Part shown: piece by piece, positions 15,186 to 22,089 of the stretch
Layout of the letters: every line of letters starts with the position of its first letter
Position numbering within the stretch: position 1 is the stretch's first letter
Assembly: GCA_963769885.1 (NCBI GenBank)
Contig: CAVYNH010000002.1
Coordinates: 1-22,089, forward strand
DNA: 22,089 bases
Direction of reading: 5' to 3'
From: Methanobacteriota archaeon
Lineage (GTDB): Archaea > Thermoplasmatota > E2 > DHVEG-1
Position numbers and translations under genes: made by a program
The notes under the pieces: model-generated
What the model saw: the letters and a program-made list of their open reading frames with translations, nothing else
Told to the model about the DNA's origin: nothing
The model's database searches: none

Positions 15186-18100
15186 CTATGGATGTCTCGC
15201 GGGAAGCGTGACGATGACGGCACAATCAACTCGCTGTACGATTTGACGATCTCGCTTCGCGAGAAAACCGTTTTTCTCTTGAGACCAGTCTCCTGTCAAA
15301 ATGATTATCTGAACCTTTCTTTGCCGAACGAATTTTGCTATGCCTCTACTAATATCTTGGACATAGAGGACTAACGGAGTGATACGACGACGGAGAGCCT
15401 GGATAGGCGCGCGTCTAAAGAGACCGAAGTCCAGGGTTCTGGTCTCAATATACTCCGGGTTATACAGGGAGTAGAGTGGGGCGTTTTGCGGAAATTCGAT
15501 GACCTTCGCCGCAATCACATTCACATCAGGAATGAACGAGGATGAAGTCAAGGCCGCTGCGAACTCAAAAGGCTCGTTTTCAAAAGAATGCAGGACTGGG
15601 ATGAGGACCCGGAATGGCGGCTGCAACTTCTCCGCCTGTTTTTTGGCGAGACCGACCAAAATCAGAGCAGTATCGGGCAATTCATCTATCCATGAGGCAG
15701 ATCGAGTCACCGCATGAGACCCAGCGAGAAGGATCTTCTGAGGGATGCAGGAGATAATCATGTGCGCCTTGACGTTCTTCGCCATCTCAAGCATCGTTGT
15801 TGATAGCTGCGTGGCATCATGGATATCGATGTAGTCAAGAGGAAGATCGATGTCTGCCGCATAATCACGCATATAACGTTCCATGTCATAGTCAACCGTT
15901 GTCTTGAGTTCCTGACTAAGGACCCGCAGGACCACGAGCCGGGAACCGACATTACGGGCATACGTCATAGCGATGATCGCCACATCGTCCTCCCCCGGCT
16001 CAGACGTGACTGGGAAGAGGATCGGCGCCGCGCGTTCAACGAAGGGGGTCGGAATCTTTCGCTCCTTCGGGATTTCAAGCTCACCAAACTCTGGAAGGGC
16101 CGTCACGTGACGAAGTGTCGGTGCCTTCTCCACAAGAACATAATGACGGAGAATGAACTTCCGCACCTCCTCCATGACAATGACAGCAGGAGCAATCCCG
16201 AGAAGAATCACCCAATCGGTCCATGGAATAGCCGTAATGTTCAATACAGGGCCAATCCCAGGAATGTAGACGACCAAAAGGAGAATTGCGAACTCGATAA
16301 TCAAGGCACCAATCAGCCAGCGATTGCGGAACCGGACTGAAAAGGTGGATTTAATGTTGGTCCGAGTCGCGAGCAGCATGCCGAGTTGACCCATCATTAT
16401 CCCAACGAGGACGATGGTGGTGCCATGCAGGTACACTGCCATGTTGCTCAGGGTGAGTTCCCCAAAGTGCCATCCTCCTTGCATCCAGACAAGAAAGCAC
16501 CAAAAGAGGGCGAAGACTCCGACAATAAACCCGACATATCCCGAGCGGACCAAGGTCGGGAGGCTGAAGAGCCGTTCTTCCCGTTTCCGTGGTTGTCGCT
16601 CCATGATGCCAGGCTCTGGAGGCTCAAGGCTGAGGGCCAAGGACGGCGGGATTTCCAACACTAGGTCGATGAGGAGGACGCCGACCACTGCAAGCGGCAA
16701 CGGCGTCCGGAGAAGGACGAAGGCGATAAACGTGGCAAGCTCCGCCCAGTTGTGGGTGAAGACATAGACGATGAATTTTTTGAGGTTGTCAAAGACGGAG
16801 CGGCCTTCTTCGATTCCATTGACAATCGAGGCGAAATTGTCGTCCATGAGGATCATGTCTGCCGATTCCCGCGCCACATCCGTGCCGGAGATCCCCATAG
16901 CGATGCCGATGTCAGCCTCCAGCAATGCTGGGGCGTCGTTAGCGCCATCACCCGTGACTGCAACGGTCTCCCCTTTTTTGCGCAAGACCCGAACGATGCG
17001 TAGTTTCTGTTCAGGGGTGATACGGGCGAACACAACGTCTGGGGTGTTGAGTGCTGAGTCAAGCTCGTCATCGGAAATCGTTGCCAGTTTGTATCCGGTC
17101 ATAATCAGATAAGCCTTTGAGGTGATGATGCCGACTTTCCGAGCGATGGCCTCCGCAGTCAATTCATGATCGCCGGTAATCATGATAATACGAATCCCAG
17201 CGCTCTGAGCCTTTTGCACTGCGAGTGGCACATCGCGGCGGGGAGGATCGTAGATGGCTGCAAGGCCGACGAACATGAGGTTGTTCTCGACGGCTTCGGA
17301 ATCGAACTTTTTCAGATCAGCTGGCAGGTCACGGATGGCCAGGGCAATCACTCGGTAGGTTTGCCTTGCAAAAAAATCGATCTCGTCACTGATTTTTTTC
17401 TGCAACTCCGAGGTCATCGGAAGTACTTGGTCCTTCCATTGCACACGTGTACACCGGGAGAGGATTTCGTTTCCCGCGCCTTTCACGTAGGCGGTGGTCT
17501 TTCCATGCTCGTCCTTGTGGATGCTCGTCATCATTTTCCGGTGCGAATCAAACGGGATGAGGGCGACTCGGGGGTTCGAGTTTACCAGTTGTTTGTACTG
17601 GATGCCTGCTTTACCTGAAAAGACGAGGAGAGCTGCATCGGTGGAATCCCCCAGGGCCGTCCATCGAGCCTTTTTTTGATCAACCGGGGGCAGTAAGGTC
17701 GCCTTATTATCCAGCGCGGCAACCTTCGCGAACCCGAGGAGATCCTGTTGGTCCCCTATTGAAAGCCTGCGGTTTCCGTTGAAGACGGCACCCTGAGGAT
17801 TGAAGCCTTCACCGGAGACGTTGTAGATTGTGTCCGCCATCCAGATTTTCTGCACCATCATCTGCCCTGTGGTGATCGTGCCGGTCTTGTCGCTGCAGAT
17901 GACGGTCGTCGACCCGAGGGTTTCCACGGAGGAGAGTTTTTTCACGACCACGTTTCTTCTGGACATGGCCAGGGAACTCAAGGCAAGGGAGAGGGTGACG
18001 GTAATCTGGAGTCCTTCAGGGACCAGCGAAACCATGACTCCAATCATGAAGAGAAGGCTATCGCCGATCTCTAAGTGTAAGATAAAGAAAGCAATGGAAA

Positions 18101-18920
18101 GGAAGAGGACGCCGAGTGCGATGGCTACAACGAAATTGATTTTGGCGGTGTAGTTGATTTCACGCTGCAATGGGCTGGGTGGTTCCTCGATCGTCTGCGT
18201 CATAGTGACGATCTTTCCGAAAACGGTGTTTGGACCCGTTGAGAACACCACGGCCGTGGCTGACCCTGAGGAGGCCGTGGTGCTTGCGAACACGAGGTTG
18301 GAACATTCGATTATTTGGCCGTTGAATGTCTCAGGGATTGGGTCGCAGGATCGCGGCTGCGGTTCTGCCTCCCCTGTCAAGCTCGAGTTGTCCACGGAGA
18401 ATTGGTAGCAGCAGACGAGGCGTGCATCCGCGGGAATTTTGTCTCCTTCTTCCAGACTGATGATATCGCCGGGCACTATGTTGACAATGGGTATCTGCTT
18501 GGTCTGCCCGTCTCGGATTACTCGTGCGGTTGCAGGAACGAGCTCCCGGATGGCTTCGACGGCGCGCTCAGCGCGATGCTCCTGGAAGAGATTGAAAATG
18601 ACGCTTATCAAGACCACGATGATGATGGCGAATCCCATTTGAATTGAGGATGCGTCGTTCGAGCTAATACCGGTGATAAAAGACAGCAGGGCCGCGACGA
18701 GCAGCAAGATGTTGAATAGATTCTTGAACTGCGAGAAAATGCGGCTGAGAAGCCGAAACTGCTTCTTCTCCGGAATCAGGTTTGGGCCGTACTGCTGCAG
18801 AAGCTGAGTTGCCTCGTTTTCTGAGAGACCATCGTCGTTCGTGTTGAGCTTCTCAAAGGTCTGTTGAAGCGTACCGCTAACCCATTGTTGCATGGAAGGA
18901 TCTGAGGGGCAACTTTCCAT
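15186..18920 (-). CDS. P2-type cation-transporting P-type ATPase with a C-terminal tandem USP-like extension
   Basis: 1244 aa: LTGE, PEGL, DKTGT, KGA, DPPR, MITGD, TGDGAND and DDNF. The C-terminal ~300 aa show USP-like patterns (ILFPV...A...A....SRLVVLRV; VLIPV; GIAKFVRQRKVQIIIL...IVQRVDCAVIV). Confidence 0.9.
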   Translation of the reverse strand: MESCPSDPSMQQWVSGTLQQTFEKLNTNDDGLSENEATQLLQQYGPNLIPEKKQFRLLSRIFSQFKNLFNILLLVAALLSFITGISSNDASSIQMGFAIIIVVLISVIFNLFQEHRAERAVEAIRELVPATARVIRDGQTKQIPIVNIVPGDIISLEEGDKIPADARLVCCYQFSVDNSSLTGEAEPQPRSCDPIPETFNGQIIECSNLVFASTTASSGSATAVVFSTGPNTVFGKIVTMTQTIEEPPSPLQREINYTAKINFVVAIALGVLFLSIAFFILHLEIGDSLLFMIGVMVSLVPEGLQITVTLSLALSSLAMSRRNVVVKKLSSVETLGSTTVICSDKTGTITTGQMMVQKIWMADTIYNVSGEGFNPQGAVFNGNRRLSIGDQQDLLGFAKVAALDNKATLLPPVDQKKARWTALGDSTDAALLVFSGKAGIQYKQLVNSNPRVALIPFDSHRKMMTSIHKDEHGKTTAYVKGAGNEILSRCTRVQWKDQVLPMTSELQKKISDEIDFFARQTYRVIALAIRDLPADLKKFDSEAVENNLMFVGLAAIYDPPRRDVPLAVQKAQSAGIRIIMITGDHELTAEAIARKVGIITSKAYLIMTGYKLATISDDELDSALNTPDVVFARITPEQKLRIVRVLRKKGETVAVTGDGANDAPALLEADIGIAMGISGTDVARESADMILMDDNFASIVNGIEEGRSVFDNLKKFIVYVFTHNWAELATFIAFVLLRTPLPLAVVGVLLIDLVLEIPPSLALSLEPPEPGIMERQPRKREERLFSLPTLVRSGYVGFIVGVFALFWCFLVWMQGGWHFGELTLSNMAVYLHGTTIVLVGIMMGQLGMLLATRTNIKSTFSVRFRNRWLIGALIIEFAILLLVVYIPGIGPVLNITAIPWTDWVILLGIAPAVIVMEEVRKFILRHYVLVEKAPTLRHVTALPEFGELEIPKERKIPTPFVERAAPILFPVTSEPGEDDVAIIAMTYARNVGSRLVVLRVLSQELKTTVDYDMERYMRDYAADIDLPLDYIDIHDATQLSTTMLEMAKNVKAHMIISCIPQKILLAGSHAVTRSASWIDELPDTALILVGLAKKQAEKLQPPFRVLIPVLHSFENEPFEFAAALTSSSFIPDVNVIAAKVIEFPQNAPLYSLYNPEYIETRTLDFGLFRRAPIQALRRRITPLVLYVQDISRGIAKFVRQRKVQIIILTGDWSQEKNGFLAKRDRQIVQRVDCAVIVTLPARHP

Positions 18921-19355
18921 TGGCTCATCGCCTTCTTGGGTAGTCTTTTTGAGCGCGACAGGCTACCGGTCATTTGAGGCTCGTAGCTGTATCCAATATA
19001 TCAAGATTCCGTTCAGGCAAACGCGCCCCTGGTGGAAAACGAAGCATAAACGCAAGCAACCGAAAAAAGGGCCAATTTGATTGAAAGCTCAATAGAGGAT
19101 AGCACTTGAAACCAGGAACCCGCACAGCAGCATTCAGCCTCGAGTCCTGGTGTTCGGAACCCCACAAAACCAGACATCCATGTAAAAAGAGAGGGCACGG
19201 GATTGCGTCACTCGAACAGATTTGAAAACCAATATTTAATACGCTTCTTAAAAATTTTACGCCTTTTTTGTCAAAATGACCAAAAAACCCGACGAAACTC
19301 CTAAATAAACGCGAGGTCTGAATATCATTCATTGATACAGAGAGGGAGAAAACAG

Positions 19356-21263
19356 ATGAGAAATACATACTTCGTAATCATGGTAGGGCTGCTGTTCATC
19401 ACCGGCATCGGCACTAGCATCGGAAAACAAACCACCACGTCACCTATCACTCAAACCACCACGGACAGTTTCAACATCGCTATGCCGCGGTTCACCACAC
19501 AAGACCAAACACTCACCATAGCGGTGGACGGCTCAGACGCCCGGCTGCTCGAACCCGGACGACCCATACTCCCCATCATCACCAAAACCTACGAATTCCC
19601 CTTTGGAACCCGCATCACCGGCGTCACCGTCGACCTCACGACCCATGACTACCCCCTGCAATACAAGGTCGCCCCAACCCCAGCCATGGTTATCAAAGAC
19701 CCCCAGTACGCCGCCCCGGAGAATCTACACCCCATCGACGAATCCATCTACACATCCACCGCATGGTACCCCGCGACATCGTACACCATCGACCAGACCG
19801 TCGGCCTCTCTCACGGCATCGACCAGCTCTCCGTCGCCATCCAAATCATCCCGCAGTATGCGCCCGCCAGGGACCTCCTGCGCATGCCCACCACCGCCAC
19901 CGTACACATTTCCTACATCCTGCCTCAGACCAAACAGTCAACAACTGACACCTATGACCTGCTCATCATCACGGACGAGAAGTTCGTCTCCGCCCTCCAA
20001 CCCCTCGCCCAGCACAAGAACGACACCGGCATCCGCACCAGAATCGTCACCACCCAAAGCATCTACGCCACCTACCATGGCCGTGACGACGCAGAATCCA
20101 TCAAACTTCGGATCAAGGACGCCAAAGAACAAAACGACATCCAGTACGTGCTGCTCGCTGGCGGACGCAAAGGGCAGACCCGCAACTGGATCATCCCTGA
20201 ACGCGTCACCCACAACCCCGATGATTTCGAGAACGGCACCGCAAGCGACCTCTACTTCAGCGATCTCTACCGCGTCAACCACACCACCAACCTCACCGAG
20301 TTCGAGGACTGGGACTCCAACCACAACAACATTTTCGCCGAATTCTCTCAGATAATCAACAAGAAAGACGTCATCGACTACGTTCCTGACGTCCTCGTCG
20401 GCCGATTGCCGTTCCGCACCGTCAATGATATCAAACCCGTCGTCAACAAGATCATCACCTATGAGAACGGCGTGAGCGAATCCTGGTTCAAGACCGCCGA
20501 AGTCTTCGCTGGTGACACCTCGCCGCCTTCCCGCGGACCCTGCACCCTTGGGATTTACGAAGGCGAGATTGCGACTAACATCTCCGCAAACCTCCTTGAG
20601 CACATCGGATTCACCGTCGACCGCTACTGGCTGTCGCGGGAAGACTGGACCGGCCGCCAAGACGTCGTCAAAGACTTCAACGAAGGCTGCGGGTTCATCC
20701 ACTTCGCTGGCCATGGGAACCCTGCGTACTGGGGCAACTTCAAACCCGACGCCCAGACAGAAGACGGCATGGTCGATGGACTCCTTCTCCGAGACATGCT
20801 GAAGTTGCACAACGGGGAGAAACTGCCGGTCGTCGTGGTTGGCGGTTGTCATAACGCCCAGTTCAACGTCACGATGTGGAACCTCATCGTCGGCCTCATG
20901 AAATACGGGTTCAAAGGCATGTTCCTGGAGAAGCCGTACCGCTTCTTCTATAAAGAATGGGTGCCCCGGGACTGGTGCTCCGAGCTCGTGTTCAAGAAAG
21001 GCGGTGGGGGGATCGGCTCCATCGGCTGCTCAGGCCTCGGGCTCGGATACGTCGACGTCATCGGCCTAGGCGATTGGCTCGAGAACCGGTTTTTCCATGC
21101 GTATGCCAACCAAAGCATCCACATCCTCGGCGGTACCCATGCGGCCGCAATCAGCGACTACATCCATCTCTACGGTCATGTCAACAGCAAGTACAATGAC
21201 CGCAAGACCGTGGAGGAGTTCACCCTCATCGGCGACCCAAGCTTGAGGATTGGTGGCGTCTAA
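19356..21263 (+). CDS. Secreted C25 family cysteine peptidase (gingipain-like) with propeptide
   Basis: ATG 19356 with a signal peptide; PGRPILP propeptide, YDLLII, YVLLAG, SDLYF, VGRLP, catalytic FAGHG and GGCHN, and terminal LIGDPSL. Confidence 0.92.
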   Translation: MRNTYFVIMVGLLFITGIGTSIGKQTTTSPITQTTTDSFNIAMPRFTTQDQTLTIAVDGSDARLLEPGRPILPIITKTYEFPFGTRITGVTVDLTTHDYPLQYKVAPTPAMVIKDPQYAAPENLHPIDESIYTSTAWYPATSYTIDQTVGLSHGIDQLSVAIQIIPQYAPARDLLRMPTTATVHISYILPQTKQSTTDTYDLLIITDEKFVSALQPLAQHKNDTGIRTRIVTTQSIYATYHGRDDAESIKLRIKDAKEQNDIQYVLLAGGRKGQTRNWIIPERVTHNPDDFENGTASDLYFSDLYRVNHTTNLTEFEDWDSNHNNIFAEFSQIINKKDVIDYVPDVLVGRLPFRTVNDIKPVVNKIITYENGVSESWFKTAEVFAGDTSPPSRGPCTLGIYEGEIATNISANLLEHIGFTVDRYWLSREDWTGRQDVVKDFNEGCGFIHFAGHGNPAYWGNFKPDAQTEDGMVDGLLLRDMLKLHNGEKLPVVVVGGCHNAQFNVTMWNLIVGLMKYGFKGMFLEKPYRFFYKEWVPRDWCSELVFKKGGGGIGSIGCSGLGLGYVDVIGLGDWLENRFFHAYANQSIHILGGTHAAAISDYIHLYGHVNSKYNDRKTVEEFTLIGDPSLRIGGV

Positions 21264-21272
21264 CCAACCACC

Positions 21273-21301
21273 CCTCTCTTTTTTCTTCTCCTTTCGTTCT
21301 T
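21273..21301 (+). terminator. Pyrimidine/T-rich archaeal-type terminator after the C25 gene
   Basis: CTCTCTTTTTTCTTCTCCTTTCGTTCT within ~10-40 nt of the stop codon. Confidence 0.45.
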
Positions 21302-21477
21302 GAAAAACAGTGAATGCGTCCATTCTTCGTCGGTCATTTTGCTTTCTCTCATGCCATGATTTCAGGAGCAGAAGAGAGTAGAATATTTCTCAAGACCACA
21401 GCATAACCGGCCTTCTTTTTATGGACCCCCCTTTTTGGGTAAAACTAAAAATCCTGAATCGGATATCTCATGGCACC

Positions 21478-22089
21478 ATGAAGATCCTCTTCACAACGGA
21501 ATCCTATTTTCCGATCATCGATGGTGGCGCCGTCGCCCAGCATCGCCTCGTCCAAGAGCTCCGGAAACGAGGCCATGATGTCCGCGTCATCGCGCCAGGG
21601 ACATCCCTGCGGTCGACGATTGACGATGACCAGGGCGGCCCAATCTATCGCCCCAGCAGCGTTACCCTGCCGTTTTATATGAACGGGAAGTACCATTTCT
21701 GCCCCTTCCCACTCCCGTATGTTCGCAGGGTCGTCGACGAGTTCTCCCCCGAGGTTATCAATGCGTGTTCCCCGTATCCCATCAGCTTATCCGCGTTGTT
21801 TCTAGCGAAACGACGCCAGATCCCCTGTGTCGGGTCCATTCATATCCTCCCGGAGAACATGCTCGCCCCTATCCTCGATTCGTTTCTCTATCATAGGGCG
21901 CTGAAGGTGACCTGGTCGTTCCTCATCTATTTCTACAATCATGTCGATTGGGCGACCGCCCCGACGCAGACCGGCGCGGAGATGTACCTCTCCCGGGGGC
22001 TAAAGACGCCGATTACGCCTATCTCAAACGGCGTGGACACCGCGCTTTTTCACCCGAAAAACGATGGCAGTTACCTGAGGGAAAAGCTT
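21478..22089 (+). CDS. GT4 (GT-B) glycosyltransferase, 3' truncated by the window
   Basis: Not in the track. MKILFTTESYFPIIDGGAVAQHRLVQELRKRGHDVRVIAP...PEVINACSP...IPCVGSIH...ISNGVDTALFHP is open to the window end. Confidence 0.88.
   Translation, partial: MKILFTTESYFPIIDGGAVAQHRLVQELRKRGHDVRVIAPGTSLRSTIDDDQGGPIYRPSSVTLPFYMNGKYHFCPFPLPYVRRVVDEFSPEVINACSPYPISLSALFLAKRRQIPCVGSIHILPENMLAPILDSFLYHRALKVTWSFLIYFYNHVDWATAPTQTGAEMYLSRGLKTPITPISNGVDTALFHPKNDGSYLREKL

Noticed and set aside
18970-19368. 132-aa minus-strand ORF in the ATPase-C25 intergenic region
   Set aside because: No recognisable motifs; it overlaps the C25 start and AT-rich promoter sequence.
19356-21263. C25 peptidase as a novelty
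   Set aside because: Secreted gingipain-like peptidases are an established feature of sediment Thermoplasmatota.

Overview
Archaeal DNA, most likely Thermoplasmatota of the MBG-D/Thermoprofundales type. This is an inference from the intron-less, CCA-less archaeal tRNA-Glu, the TATA-type promoters, rtcA and a secreted C25 peptidase. Gene order: a truncated secreted SBBP-associated protein (-), an aryl-sulfate sulfotransferase (-), a small membrane protein, a stand-alone ACT-like protein, and a head-to-head pair of paralogous CgtA-like GT2 glycosyltransferases. Next come two aconitase-family (LeuCD/HacAB-type) enzymes, one a large+small fusion with an altered active site and one a canonical two-gene pair. 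These are followed by an unannotated 58-aa ORF, a secreted alpha/beta hydrolase, a candidate hairpin RNA, a frameshifted PAS-only protein, rtcA, cinA and tRNA-Glu(TTC). After the tRNA lie a ~1.1 kb single-gene (CPBP protease) cassette bounded by a duplicated tRNA 3' end, a P2-type ATPase fused to USP-like domains, a C25 peptidase and a truncated GT4. The most interesting signals are: (i) the dual aconitase system with a His-to-Cys catalytic variant; (ii) kilobase-scale oscillating C/A versus G/T strand-skew domains that ignore gene orientation; (iii) an integrase-less tRNA-tail mini-cassette with a hairpin at its att-like site; and (iv) a promoter-preceded hairpin RNA whose loop carries an anti-Shine-Dalgarno-like sequence. 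All calls come from manual motif reading; no searches were run.
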